From the NCBI RefSeq assembly GCF_009914755.1, contig NC_060926.1: 64,000 bases of DNA. One strand, 5' to 3'. Shown piece by piece: positions 1 through 14,108 of this stretch (position 1 is its first letter; each line of letters begins with the position of its first letter). The position numbers were made by a program, and so were the translations under genes. Source of the stretch: the human T2T-CHM13v2.0 reference genome, Homo sapiens. Under the pieces are notes generated by a model. The model was not told the origin of the DNA and searched no databases. It was given only the letters and a program-made list of their open reading frames with translations.

Positions 1-34
1 AGTCTAGGAAAAGTTGTTAGAAAGAGCCAGAATA

Positions 35-477
35 ACTTGGAACCAACCCAAATGCTTGTCAATGATAGACTGTATAAAGAAAATGTGGCACATATACACC
101 ATGGAATACTATGCCGCCACAAAAAAGAATGAGTTCATGTCCTTTGCAGGGACATGGATGAAGCTGGAAGCCATCATTCTCAGCAAACCAACACAGGAAC
201 AGAAAACCAGACACCACATGTTCTCACTCATAAGTGGGAGTTGAACAGTGAGAACACATGGACACAGGGAGGGGAACATCACACACTGGGGCCTGTCGGA
301 GGGTGGGAGGCAAGGGGAGGGAAAGCATTAGGATAAATGCCTAATGCATGCGGGGCTTAAAAGCTAGATGATGGGTTGATAGGTGCAGTAAACCACTGTG
401 GCACATGTATACCTATGTAACAAAGCTGCACGTTCTGAACATGTATCCCAGAACTTAAAGTAAAATAGAAAAATAAA
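35..477 (+). mobile_element. 5'-truncated L1PA (L1PA7/8-like) 3' end with target-site duplication
   Basis: ORF 14..244 gives the L1 ORF2 C-terminus (WNQPKC..KKMWHIYTMEYY..MFSLISGS). It is followed by an L1PA 3' UTR and A-rich tail. TSD agaaagagccagaata (19-34) / agaaagaaccagaata (478-493), at a TT|AGAA endonuclease site. Confidence 0.93.
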
Positions 478-730
478 AGAAAGAACCAGAATATTCGTGT
501 ATTGCTCTCTGTTGCAATTAGCCAGATATTACAAGAATGAGATAATTTCAAGAACGAGTATGCTGATTTGTGAGTACAAATTCCTTTCTAGAAATGTAAA
601 GGCTATTGCTTCTGTACACCAAAGAGTAGGCAAAAAGGCTGAAAAAACCTTTGACTGCCAAAGTCCCAAGAAAACTCCTCAATTAAAGAAACTAACTCAA
701 CAATATAGCAAAGATAAAATTAAGGGAGTT

Positions 731-2726
731 GGGAGTTCTACTTCTGGAGTGATAGTATGAGGAGTTCTGCAGGCCTCCTCCTCATTTAAACTGGTAAACT
801 TTTTTTTTTTTTTTTTTAAAGTAAGGTCTCTGAAAGAAGCCCTATGGACATATAGCACAAGAATAAATATTTAAACATTTACTAAAATTAGGCAAGGAAT
901 GGGAAAGTCTGTGGTATTTGAACCTCAGTTCAATAGAGACCTGGATTCTCCCTCCCCCTCTTAGCTTAGGGAGACAGAAATTCCACTCCAAATGGGCTTA
1001 ACCAAAAACACAGGGCTCCCTTTTTCTTTCAGCTCCCAGTTGGTGGGCTCTCTTCCTGGTAGGGGCAGGACATCAGTATTCCTCATCCTGTCTCAGCTAC
1101 TTATTGTTGAGTCTAAATTCTGGGGAAGTATGGCTAATTGAGTCTTCTTCTACTCAGCTCCCACTCATGGGAAAGAGCTCTGCCTTGAGTGTGGCATTGC
1201 TGAGAGTATTGGGGCCTTGGTTGCCCTTGCTCCAGATCAACGGCTAGGAATTCCACACTGAGAGAAGCAAAATGAGGAGACCTGGGGCTAATGACCTCCT
1301 TGCTCCCTCCACAATCTACTGAGGGCTAAGCTTCTGAAGTGGGGTTATCACTCAGGGAGAAATGTGCCATTGTCCTTGCCTCTCCTAGCTATGGCTCAGA
1401 GATTTTTCTGGGGTTGGCAGCAGAAAGAGAAGAGGAGGTAGGCCAATGGACTAATATGAACCTATATATCCAAATTTCTCCTCAAAGTAACTTATTTTAT
1501 TTGCAAGAGTGTGAAGAAGTTCAAGGCTAAGGGCACTCTCAAAAAGAGTAGCAGTTGTGGTGAAAGGAATTTGATAGAGAAGTGGAAATGGACACAGTTG
1601 GGAAGAGACCTCCTGGAGTCAGGGGCAAATCTCAAATACTTCTCTAGAAACTGTCCCTGAAGAAGCCTGACCTTGATTGGATTAGTCTGTGAAGCAAATT
1701 ATGCCCCAAGGTATTGGTGAAAACAGCAGAGCAAAAAAAGCCCTGTCCAAACCACTGTCATCCCATGGGTATACACAATATACTCAAGGCTGTACCTCCT
1801 GAAGAGCAACAATAGAGGGTTTATGCTGTGGGGGTGGGGGTAGGAGAATAGACTTCACTAAAATAATCCAGCCAGTCACTAAACAAGTAAATAAGAAACA
1901 ACAACAAGAGTTTCTGGAATATATTATCTAAAATGTACAGTTACTGACAAAAATGATAAGTAAGTCATGCAAAGAAACAAGAAACTATGATGCATACACC
2001 AGAAAAAAGCAGGTGATAGAAACTGTAAGAACAAAATGTTGAATTTAATAGACAAATATTTCAAAATAGTTATTAAAAATATGTTCAAAGAATTAAGGAA
2101 ACTTTAAAAAGTAAAAGATGCTGCATCAAATACAGAATATAAATAAAGAGATAGAAATGATGAAAAGGACCAAATTTAAATTCTGGAATTGAAAAGTGTA
2201 ATAACTGAGAAATTAAAAAAATTACTAGAGGGACTCAGTAGTAGATTTGAACTGGCAGAAGAAATAATTTGCAAACTTTAAGATACATTGATAGAGATTA
2301 TGCAATCCAAAGAATAGTAAAATATCAAAAAATAAAAAAAAGTAGTGCCTCAGAGAAGTGTAAAACACCATTAGTGCAACAGCATAAACCAGTGGAAGCA
2401 TCAGATGGAGCAGGGAAGGAGATGGAGAGAGAAGCAGAAAAATATTCAAAGAAATACTGGCTGAAAACTTCCAAAATTTATTGGCAGATATGAACCTAAT
2501 GATGAAGGAAGTTCAAAGAACTCTAATTATGATAAACACAGAGAAATAACTACTAGCAGACACATTACACTAAAAATGCCGAAAGGCAAAGACAAGGAAA
2601 ACATCTTGTAAGCTTCAAGACAAAAATGACTCATGACTTACAGAGAACACCAATAAGATTTACAGCTGACTTCTCATAAGAAAATATAGATGCCAAAAAG
2701 GGTGAAACAACATATTTTAAGTGCTC
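731..2726 (+). mobile_element. Old L1 (L1M/L1MB) 5' region and decayed ORF1
   Basis: A-rich ORF1-like sequence (aaattctggaattgaaaagtgtaataactga; ctcagtagtagatttgaactggcagaaga; ataagatttacagctgacttctc). The 5' boundary is approximate. Confidence 0.7.
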
Positions 2727-2906
2727 AACCTCCTGAGTAGCTGCGATTACAGGCACCCACCACCACTCCTGGCTAATTTTTGTATTTTTAGTAGAGATGG
2801 GGTGTCACCATGTTGGCCAGGCTGGTCTCAAACTGACCACAGGTGATCTGTCCGCCTTGGCCTCCCAAAATGCTGAGATTACAGGTGTGAGCCACTGCAC
2901 CTGGCC
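2724..2906 (-). mobile_element. Partial AluS (left arm and part of right arm; 3' end and poly-A missing)
   Basis: Reverse-complement Alu consensus, cctcctgagtagctg...gtgagccactgcacctggcc. Confidence 0.9.
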
Positions 2907-3136
2907 TTATTTGTCTGTTTTCATGTCAGTACCATGCTGTTTTGGTTACTACAGCTTTGTGGTATAATTGACGTCAGATAATGTGATGCCTCCAGCTTTG
3001 TTCTTTTCTATCAGGATTGCTTTGGCTATTCTGAGTCTTTTGTGGTTCCATACAAATTTTAGGATTTTTTTCTCTACTTCTGTGAGGAATGTCATTGATA
3101 TTTTGATAGTGATTACATTGAATCTGAAGATCACTT
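2907..3136 (-). mobile_element. Inverted L1MA ORF2 fragment
   Basis: Minus-strand ORF 2949..3134 resembles L1 ORF2 ([33 protein letters not shown]). Confidence 0.88.
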
Positions 3137-3139
3137 AAA

Positions 3140-4102
3140 TAAGACATAAAAATGGTCAACAGTTATATAAAAATGGTCAATCACTATCAGAGAATGCAGT
3201 TATATAAAAATGGTGCAATCAGAGAAATGCACATCAAAACCATAGCGTGATATCAACTCAATCTAGTTGAAATGGCTTTTACCAAAGAAACAAAAAGTAA
3301 TGGATGCTGGCAAGATTGTGGAGAAAGGGAAATGCTCATGCACTATTTGTAGGAATGTAGATTAGTACAGCCACTGTGGAAAATGGTATGAAGGTTCCTC
3401 AAAACACTAAAAATAGAATTATTATATAACCCAGCAATCCCATTGCTTAGTATATATACAAAAGAAAGGAAATCACTATATTGAAGGGATAGCTGCACTC
3501 CCGTATTTATTGCAGCACTATTCACAGTAGCCAAGGTATGGAATCGATATGTGTTCATCAACAAATGAATGGATAAAGAAAATGAGGTATGTATACACAG
3601 TGGAATATTATTCAGCTATTAAAAAGAATGGAATTCCATCATTTGCAACAACATGGATGGAACAAGAGGACATTATGTAAAGTGAAATGATCCAGGCACA
3701 AAAAGACAAACATTGCATGTTCCCATTCATATGTGAGAGCTAAAAAAATTGATCTCATGGAGATAGAGAGTAGCATGGTGGTTACCAAAGGCTTGGAAGG
3801 ATAGTAGAAGGGGTGATAAAGAGGGGTTAATGGGTACAGAGATGCAGTTAGATAGAAGGAATAAGATCTAGTGTTTAGTGGCATAATTGGGCAACTATAG
3901 TTAACAATGAATATTGTATATTTCAGAATAACCAGAGGCATGAAATTTGAATATTCCTAACACAAAGAAATGATAAATGTTTGAGGTCATATACCAATTA
4001 CCCTGATTTGATCATTACACATTATGTGCTTATATCAAAACATCACATGTATCCCATACATATGTACAACTATTGTGTATCCATAAAAATTAATACAAAA
4101 AG
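3140..4102 (+). mobile_element. L1MA (L1MA1-3-like) ORF2 end and 3' UTR
   Basis: ORF2 C-terminal sequence plus an L1MA-type 3' UTR (gttagatagaaggaataagatctagtgttt; ccctgatttgatcattacaca) ending in an A-rich tail. Confidence 0.88.
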
Positions 4103-4104
4103 AA

Positions 4105-7100
4105 ACAGTATTTGGGAAACTTAAAAATATGTAAAAATTAAACACTCACACTCCTAAGTAATCACAGGGTAAAAAAAGAAATAAAAAGGAAAATTAGAAA
4201 ATATTTTAAGATGAATGACTGTTAGACACAAAATACCAAAACTTATGGATTGCAGGTAATGCAGTCCTTAGAGGGAACTTTATAGCTTGTAAGTACCTAT
4301 ATTTATATAGAAGTAAGTTCTCAAATTAAGCATGTAACCTTGTACCATAAGACAATGGAAAAAGAAGAGCAACTACACAAGGATAATAAAGACTCAAGTG
4401 GAAATTAATAGAAAAGAGATTATCAATAGAGAAAATCAGTAAAATGAAAACCTGGTTATTGGAAAAGACTAAAAAATTGGCAAACCTTTGCTAGATCAAG
4501 AGGAAAAAAAGAGCAAAATTACATGAATCACAAATGGAAGAGGGCACATTACTACTGACCTTAGAGAAATAAAAAGGATTATAAAGGAATACTATGAACA
4601 ATTGAATGCCAACAAATTATACAACTTTGATGAAATGGACAAATTCCAAGGAAAACCCAAACTACCAAAGCAACTAAAAAAGAAATAGATAATCTGAATA
4701 GACCCATTAGCAGGAAGAGAGATTGAATGTTTACATAAGAATACCAAATCTTCACAAATTCATTAAAAACATAAAAAAGTGGGAACAATTTTCAGCTCAT
4801 TCCATGAGGCCAATATTACCCTGCTAACAAAACTAAACAAAGCCATAACAAGAAAACTACAGACCAATATCTCTTATGAACATCAATACAAAAATCTTCA
4901 ACAAAAAACTAGCAAACTGAATCCAGCAGTGTATAAAAGAATTATAACGTAAACAAGTGAGACATTGTAGGAACAATGTTGGTTTAACATCTGAAAATCA
5001 ATTAATGTATTATATCATATCAATTTAATAAAAAACCAAAAAGCCCCACATGAAGATCTCAATAGATGCAGGAAAAGCATTTGACAAATTCAACACCATT
5101 TCATGGTAAACACACTCAACCTACTAGAAATAGAATGAAACTTCCTTAATCTGATGAAGGGCATCTGTAAAAAATTCACAGCTGACATCATACTTTATGG
5201 AGAAAGACAATACTTTCCCTCTAAAATCAGGAACAACACAAAGATACCCACTCTCACTATTTTTATTTAACAGGTTTTAGCTAGGGCAATTAGTCAACAA
5301 ATAAAAGGTATCCAAATTGGAAAGGAAGAGGTAAAACTGTATTCACAGAATACATGATCTTATATGTAGAAAATCTTAAAGAGTTGACTAAAAAACTATT
5401 AGAATGAAGAAATGCATTCAACAAAGTTGTGAAAACACAAAATCAATACTCAAATATTGTATTTCTATACACTGTCCATAAATAGTATAAAATAAAAATT
5501 TTAAAAAATTTTATTTACAATAGCATCAAAAAGAATGAAGTATTTACGAATAAACACAACAAAGTAGAAAACTTACACTCTTAAACCTAAAATACGTTAC
5601 TTAAAGAAATTAAAGAACATACAAGTAAATTGAAGAATACTCATGTTTTGCATCGGTAGACTTAATATTGTTAAGATACCTGTAATCTCCTAATCGCTCT
5701 ACAGATTGAATGCAATCCTTGTCAGAATAGCAGCTGGCTTCTTTGTAGAAATTAAAAGTCTGATCCTAAAATCTGTATTGAATTTTGAAACACCAATATA
5801 AAACAATCTTTAAAAAGGAGAACAAAGTTGGAGGACTCACACTTCCCAATTTTGAAACAGAATATAAAACAAAAGTAATCAAGAAAGTGTGATACTGGCA
5901 TCAAGATAGACATATACATCTATGGGGCAGGATAAAGAGTCCAGAAATAAACACATGGCTTCTATGGTTTACTGACTTTTGGCAAGGGTATTGAGGCTAT
6001 CCAATGGGAAAAGAATACTTTGTTTAACAAATAGTGGTGGAACAACTGGATAGCCATAGGCAATACAATAAAATTACACTTTTACTTCATACTTTATTCA
6101 AAAATTAACTCAAAATTAGTCAAACATCTAACTGCTAAAACCATAAAACTCTTAGAAGAAAGCATAGAGGTAAATGGCCATGACTTAGATTTAGCAATGA
6201 ATTTTTAGATATGACACCAAAAGCATAAGCAAAGGCAAAAATAATTGATAAATTAGACTTCATAAAAATTCACATTCAAGAAAGTGAAAAGACAAAGCCC
6301 AGAATAGGAAAAAATATTTGTAAATCATATATTTGTTAAGGGACTCATATCCAGAATATATAAAGAATCGTTACAACTCAATAATAAAAAGACCCAATTG
6401 ACAAATGGTTAAAGAGGCTTAACAGATATTTCTCCAAAGAAGATATACAAATGGCCAATAAGCACATGAAACTTCTTGACATCATTTGTCATCAGGGAAG
6501 TGAAAATCAAAACCACAATGAAATATCACTTCACACCCAGTAGGATGGCTATAATAAAAAAGTCAGATAATGGCATTGGTTGGTGAGGATGTGCAGAAAC
6601 TGGAATTCTCATACACTGCTGGCAGTAATGTAAATTATTGCCACTAGTATGAAAAACAGTCTGGTGATTCTTCAAATGATTAAACATATAGTTACCATAT
6701 AACTCAACAATTTCACATTTAGATATGTATCCAAGACAAATGGAAACATGTTTCTAGAAAAAAATGGGCATGAATGTTTACAGTAGCATTATTCATAATA
6801 GCCAAAAGGTAGAAAAGTCTCAAATACTTATTCTCTGATGAATGGAGAAACAAAATGTGGTATATCGATGCAATGGAATATGATTCAGCCATTGAAAGCA
6901 ATGAATGCAGTGCTGATACATGCTTTAACATGAATGAACTTTGAAAACATGCTGAGTGACAGAAGTCAGTTACAAAAGATCCCTTGTTTTATGATTCAGT
7001 TTTTCTGAAGTGTCCAGAAAAGGCAACTCTGTAGAGATGGAAAGTAGTAGATTGCCCACGTTGGGAGGATGGAGAAGTAGATATGTGGTAGGTAAAGGTC

Positions 7101-7245
7101 GCAGGGTTCCTTGTGATGTGATGAAAATGTTCTAAAATTGACTGTGATGGTGACTGCAAATATCTGTAAATGTACTAAAAACCATCGAATTGCGGACTTT
7201 AAATGGGTGAATTGTATGTTATGTAAGTTATATCCCAAAGTCGAC
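4105..7245 (+). mobile_element. Decayed L1MB ORF2 and 3' UTR (continuation of the host L1)
   Basis: RT-region remnants (tctcaatagatgcaggaaaagcatttgacaaa; aacaaagttggaggactcacacttccc) and an L1MB-type 3' UTR (gtgtccagaaaaggcaa..aaatgggtgaattgtatg). Confidence 0.88.
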
Positions 7246-7599
7246 ACAAAAAATGAAGTGGGTTACCTTCCCACCCAAGTCTATTGTTTTAGATGACCTA
7301 AAGTAGCTACCATTAGGTTGAGAGAGGTACATGAGCTCTAGAAAGCAAAAGATAATAAACAGACAATTAAACAAGCCAATGCAAGAGGTGTAAGTTTTAA
7401 ATCTGAAAAAAGAATTTAGTAGATGATTACTGACTCGAGGAACTGAGTGGAAACAAATAGATCAGAAGCTATGAGTTTAAGGGAAGCACATTTCCAGTAA
7501 AATAATAATTGCAGTTTTACAAAACTCCGTGATTATGAAACACCCCTTGGTTCCCCAAACTTACATAGGCAGAAAATGGACAGCAATGGTTTTGATATC

Positions 7600-8607
7600 T
7601 GAAAGTTGTCGCTGAAAGTGTGCTCACTGAAAAATGTACTTACTTCAGATATGGTCATGTAGGATAATGGACAAGAAAAAAAAACAAAACAAACCTTTTA
7701 ACCAAAACAGCATCCCAGAGGGTAGAGTCAGAGCAATGGAGAAGAATGGACATAGTAGATTCTCCTGAAGAGTTGAATCAGGGACTTAGAACTTGCTGAA
7801 CTCTGATGAATTGGGGTTTCACTCTTCCTGCCTAGCAGGATTTCATAATTGGAATGGATCTATGATTGCTGTATGTCTACCCTTTTCCTCTTTTCACAGT
7901 TGGGAACTTTGTGAGAGTTATCTTGTTTCTGCTTTACCATTGATGTAGAAGTATACATAGAGGAGGGAAAGAACTTGTCTTCTTAGTTCACAGGTCATGG
8001 GATCACAAGAAGCCACCTCAAGCTTGAATAGAAAGAAATAGAATAACTCTGTGACCCATGGTCTTTGAGCCAGATGCAATAAGTAGACTGTCTCTTTTTA
8101 GGATATTCTTAAATGTGTTCTATGTGTGGGAAGAAATAACATGATTATGGTGGCCAATAGGGCAGACAGTGGCAGAGACTGATACCCATTAAAAAAAGAA
8201 TCCAGTCTTGTCTTCTTCATGATCACACAACTACATTTCCCAGCCTCTCTCACATTTACTTGTGGTCATGTGACAAGGTCCACCTAATAGAATGTGAGAA
8301 GAGATGTATATCACATCCAGGCCTGGCTCATTAAAACCCACTGCAAGCACTTCTCCATTTTCTTCTCTCTTACTTGCTGTCTTGGAAAGAGCCAATCTCC
8401 ACGGTGACTATGAAAGCCATGTGTTGAATATGGCAGAGCCTGCATTAGCCTCACTCAAGTGACTACATGGAGGAAGGTCTATCAACATGTTTATCCACTC
8501 AGTACCATTATTTAAATAGCAAAAATTCTCTTTCATTTGCACCATTACCCATTATTTTCAGTCTGGTATTTTTTTAAAAAGCAATTAGCCGCCCCTAACT
8601 AATATAA
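7600..8607 (+). mobile_element. MaLR MLT1 (H/I/J-like) LTR with adjacent internal fragment
   Basis: LTR at about 8168-8607 with actacatttcccagcctc and tggtcatgtgac motifs. It is preceded by an MLT-internal 3'-end-like sequence, ggtggccaatagggcagac. Confidence 0.6.
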
Positions 8608-10419
8608 CTCTTATCATTGAATGCCTTTCTTGTGCCCACTGAGTTTAATAAATGGTTCTCACTGGGTATTTTTATCTTTTTTTCCTCTGATTTATGTACA
8701 CTCTAGGAGGTGGTTTCAATGACTACTTAGGCTACTTACATTCTCTATAAAGTGATTTTTTCCCCTCTTGAGTTTTGTATCTTTCTCCTTGTTGGTAGTT
8801 TCCTTCCTATAATTCTAGTTTTATGCATGATATATCTGTAATATGATTTGAAATAAAATGGGAAACATAAGGAATTTTACCCCAGAAAATTAAAACAGAG
8901 TGAATATAGACTGGATAAACACATATTATGGCCTTTCCACTTGTCTTCCCCACTCTGTACACCGGAAAGATAAGATTTTAAAAAATATTACATTAGGGGT
9001 AAAATAGTTCTGGTGTGTGAAGAAGATAAATGTAGGTCTGGAACAATCAGTCTAGACTTTTAGACCTTTTTAACAGCTAATTTGGATTACTATTCAATAA
9101 ATTTGGTTGATGACTGTGCAAGCAATGTATACTATGACCCAACAGTTTGGATGGACTATGATTGTGCTATACACATCTTTTAATTTGGTTCTTGTTTCAT
9201 CTTGATAGTATACTATGTTTTTTTCATCCTTTTCAACTTGCAATGCTGAAAAAAATTTCTAGAAAGTAGCATATTAAAAAAAGCCAGAGTGTTACTCATT
9301 TAAATAATTTATTTTTCAATCAGGGACATCAGTTTGATGATTAATACTCTGCATTCGTTTTCTCCTTTTAAGAAACCTGAAACAAACAGGCTTGCGCAGT
9401 GTATATATAATTCATTTAGGTGTTGAAGTCTGAGCCTACATTTGTAAGAGAAAATTTCAAACGAGCCATAATTAATATGTCACTTTAGGAGGAGCAGTGG
9501 GATGAGGGGGTGGAAGTAAATGGATCTACCTGATGTTCTTGCAGTGTATGCGTGGAAAGGAGAAATTAAAGTTAATGCACAAAGAAAGGATCAGCTTTGC
9601 AAGCTCATTTCTTTGAGTTCATGCCAAAGTAAATAGGTATATCTGTGGTATCTCCTTCTGGAGGTGTGGAAAGTGTAGGTTAAGTGTGATGGACTGCAGC
9701 ACATTTCAGGAGAGGAAGCTTGAACAGTGTATTAATCTAGAAGGCCAACCTTGTTTTTTTCTTAGCTCCACTGCCATTTACTGGGTGAAATGTAAAAAAG
9801 CTATTTAGCAACTCCAGCTCCCAATTCTTTCTTGAATAAAGAAAACCAACAGATCTTTTTCTACCTCATCTGTTAATATGAAGTGAAAAATTGAAGCAGA
9901 GATGCATTATAAACATATATCACACTATTTGCTTATGTACATCTTCCTTGAAATTTTGATTCCGTCATCACTGGGATAGAAATTTGGTATGTCAATCCAG
10001 GTAAAAAGATTCTCTGGCAGTCCTTTAAGATGAATCTTCAAGTATTTCCAGTGAAATTTGGTGAATTCAGTTCTTTTCCCCATAGATAGGGTGAGGAAGG
10101 GCTTCTGTTCTATCACTGTGATGAAATTTGTCTGGGCCACTCCAGACAGAAAACACCACTTCTTTCTTTATTTCTGGTTGATTTCAAGACCATCACTCAA
10201 GGATTGTGAATATGGCAAGTGATACATCTTCTAGCTAATCTTAGAATGTGACTGACATGTCTTTACACATAATGTTAGAACTTTGAGATGAAAGAGATTG
10301 GAGCTAAGAATCAGGAGACTTACTATTCTTGGTGATCAAATCCTTATGGAGGGTTGTGCCTAGTTAAGATCCTCTTGGAAGAGATGTCCTTCCTTAAGAA
10401 ATCTCTTAAAGTCCCCTTA

Positions 10420-10770
10420 AGGAGATCCTTGGAAGACCAGTGGGCCCAGGGGAAGAAGAAAAGACAGTGAGCGAACTTGCAAGAACAGTGAGTCCCCTGT
10501 TTTTTGAGGAACTGTGGTTGGAAATGAGGATGTTTAGTCTGGAAATGAGATGCTTTATGGGAGCCATGATAGCACAGTTATAGTGTATTCTTCCAGAGAA
10601 GAAAAACAAAAATCAGAAGATGAAGAAAACCAACACAGAACTGGTAGTATACATTACAGAATTAAAATTCAGTTGAATGTAATGGAAATAAACATTCTAA
10701 TAACTGTTGTTGTTAAATAATGGTAGTGAGGTTCATATCACTGACATTGTTTTAATAGATATTAGTACTA
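10420..10770 (+). mobile_element. L3/CR1 fragment
   Basis: ggatgtttagtctggaaatgaga..catgatagc resembles the CR1/L3 3' consensus. Confidence 0.5.
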
Positions 10771-10829
10771 CATTTATTAAATATGTTGGCAAACTTTGGG
10801 AAATAAGTTATATCATTTGAATTTCAAAG

Positions 10830-11085
10830 TATAGGGTTAGGATAAGAGTGTAGACACAGAAATCAGATGAATTGAAATTTCATCCTGGATTCTGTCATTT
10901 ACTATGTGGATGTCTTTGATATTTTATATCTTCAAGCCTAATTTTCTCTTCTATGAAATACAAATGATCACAGTATTTATCTGATTGGGTTGCTGTCTGT
11001 ATTAAATAAGACAATATATTTAAAGCATTCAATACAGTTCTGGAATACAGGAGGTGATCAACAAATGAATAGTATTTATTCATTA
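10830..11085 (+). mobile_element. MIR
   Basis: MIR core (cctaattttctcttctatgaaat) and 3' end (aaagcattcaatacagttctggaatacag). Confidence 0.7.
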
Positions 11086-13264
11086 TTATTATTATTACTA
11101 CTCTATGACTTTCAACCTGAAGAATTGTGTATGATGTGTTCTTAAATCATTGTAACAGATATTTTTCTGTGGAAGAATATCTTAATATAGCTAATACTTC
11201 AATTTTTTACCCATAGTTAGAAATATTGCAAAAAGTGTTATTAAGAAATCATTAAAATTTGCGTCTTATTCATAAGATTGCTGTTAATATTATGCCACAT
11301 TCTGTGTTTGTGTGGAAAGTCCATATAACCCTTCCTTAATAAAAAGGACATTCACAAAGTAAGTGCTACTGATGAGCAAAATGGAGACTATCTGGAGGAA
11401 AATCAAGTAACTTTTCTACCTTTTTATAATATATCTGATATTTGCATATAGATTGAGATTTCCCTTACCCTACACTCCAAGTTTCTCTCTGCTGTTGTAG
11501 GAAAATTTTATGACAGTGGCTTTTTGGAAATTAATTATGTCATCAGTTACTTGTTCATTAATAAGTCATGGAGAGTTTGAGGAAGAAATGAAATGAACAC
11601 AGGTTTTTGTTGTTGTCTTTGGGGTTGTGAAGGTTTATATCCCATCTTGTCAAAAATTAGAACAAGTAGCTAGAGAATTTAGACAAAAAATTATCCAGGG
11701 GAAATTCACATTAATAGCCTTAAGTGTCTAATTAATTTAATGCTATTTCTTGCATTTACATAAACAGGTTTAATTTTATAGGAGTTTGCAATCTGTGATA
11801 TAGGAGTTGCAATTTCTGTGAGCTCCTTGAAAACTCTTTCTATGTTCTCATCTATTCTCCTCTCCTTTCATAAATTTTGGTGTTAGAAAACTGTTAGTCA
11901 TAAAAAGGCATTTATAGTTCAATATAATTTTCCTTCTTTTTCTTTTATTTTCTTTAAAATGCAGTTTTAAAAGTAATAAAATCCTTCCTTCTGTAAATCT
12001 TCAATCTTTTTTTCCTAAGGGAAGATTAATTTGTAAATATGCTAATGGATTTGTATAATATTAAACTTTCCCAAGAAAAATTACATTACTTCATATGAAT
12101 GAACACATCTATCTTATTCAATTTATAAACTAATGGCTGAAAACCCCAAAACTGTTTCCTACTATGTGTCTTATAACTAAAATGACTGCAGGCACAGCCA
12201 CAAACTTGGCATTTCACAGCAAATTTATTGGATGAATTTTTTTTTCAGCCCCTTTATTGAGTTTTCCTCATTTAGCTGTATTTGGATTGTAACTAATAAA
12301 ATGCAATTCCCCTTACAAAAAGGTGAAAAAGTAAACATGCCGCTTAAAATAGAAGCGATTTCTAAACAGGAAGTAGACTAAAAAGAACAAATGCGTAGTT
12401 TAAAAGTGCTATCAGGAGTCGGGATGCTGTGATGGAGATGTTCCCACAGCTAACTTTCATTAAAACAGCAGAGTGACTGCCTGGGTTAGGCAGTGAGCTA
12501 AGGACCTGGTGGTTCAGTTAGGTAGCTCTTCAGATATTGTGCATGAGAAACTTAACCCCTCCTCATCTTGGTTGTTTCTTTATTACTTATTTTCACCAGC
12601 TAGATCCTTCCATTGCATAAATTATTTCCTGGAGTCAGGAATTAATACCTTGGTGCCCTGCTAGTATCCTGAGATGACCTTAAGATACTCCAAATTCTGA
12701 GGTGACGTTTGCATTACTTATGCATCTCCCTCTGAGGGACACAGTGAGAGCTGGCTGGACTCATAGGAGAAATATGCAGGAGGAGAAGGGGCTCTAAATT
12801 GAGAATTAACACGAATAGTTCCATAGCAGATCTAGAAAGGAACTTCTTGGAATTCTGAGAATTCTTCCCAATAATTAGATACTCTGTTTTCATAAAGGCT
12901 CTTTGCTAGTCACTTGAAATAATCTTCATTCGAGGGAAGATTGCAGTGAAGGGCAATTATGATGGTCATCTCACTTCTTGTATTTTACAGAAGAGCATAT
13001 TAGGAGGCTCCCGTGCAATGGTGAAGAGAAACAGGGTCTGGTGAGCAGTCCCCACAAAGGTCAAGGAATAGTTGTAGAAAATAATTTATAATGATGTGAC
13101 TCTTCAACTTATTTTTTTCTTTAAAACTGGGCCTTTGCTTTCTGTATTTTTGTTGACTTTTGTGACATGATTTAGGGAACGTGATTTAAGTTCTTCTTGC
13201 GTGGGTTTTGTTAAATGGGACCCACTGACTTCCTCCATGCATGCCAGTGGTGTGGATTGCATTT

Positions 13265-13740
13265 GCCAGGTTGTTCTGATTGCTTATAATAGAAATCCAA
13301 CTTAAACTAGTTTAAGCTGGGTGGTGGGTGGAAAGGAAGAATGTATTGGCTTGGCTAATTGAAAGTCTCAGGAATATAGCTAGAATCAGACATCGTTGCA
13401 TCCTGGGGCTCACATTATGCCACTAGGGGCTGGTTGGCTTCCATCTCCCAACTCAACTTCCCTTGGTTTGGTTTTATTTTTAGTCAATTACCTGTGGCCA
13501 CCAACTTGTCCAGTCATACATTGAGTTTCTCTTTTGCACCGATCCTAGAAAATCCTAGGGCTGTCACTATCCATCTTCAACCATGTGCCCACCCTTGGAG
13601 CTAGCCTGTGAGGGTCAGTTTCTCTCTACTCACAAAGAGTCTGAGTGGGAGAATAATTCTTCAGAGCAAAGTAGAACAACTCATTCTAGATACAGGAGGA
13701 ATGTGTGCTGTGCAGTCAAAAAGGACATGTCTCTACCACC
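13265..13740 (-). mobile_element. Old MLT1 (K/L/N-like) LTR
   Basis: ttgcttataatagaaatccaacttaaactagtttaagc..gtattggct, typical of the MLT1K/L end. Confidence 0.55.
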
Positions 13741-13974
13741 ATTATGAATGAATGAAGAGGCATGACATAATAAACAGCTAGGAAAAGGGACCCAAATGAC
13801 AAGACCATAACAAAAGGGACATCTTGCTATCACATGAAGACTGCCTAGGTCATTCTTTGTTGGGCTCATGCCATTCAAAGTGATGTGGTTGATTGAAATG
13901 TTATCTAAGCGGGTCTAGATGTAGCTGGGAAATAAGGCATATCCTTGGCTTATGAGCAGCTTTATAATGTTCTG

Positions 13975-14108
13975 TGTTTTGTGTCTTCCAACTAGAATAC
14001 AACTTTTCCAAAAACAGGCACTGTATTATACTCTACTGTACTTCTCTAAGAACATAGCACAGTGCTGGCCACAGAGCAAACATTAAGTACAGACTTCTGA
14101 TGGATTCA
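13975..14108 (+). mobile_element. L2 3' end
   Basis: ccaactagaatacaact..catagcacagtgctggccacagag. Confidence 0.6.

Noticed and set aside
14-7247. L1-derived ORFs as functional genes or an active L1
   Set aside because: Truncated, frameshifted fragments; no intact ORF1 or ORF2.
9925-10140. 71-aa ORF in unique-looking sequence
   Set aside because: Non-ATG start, no recognisable similarity and no convincing splice sites.
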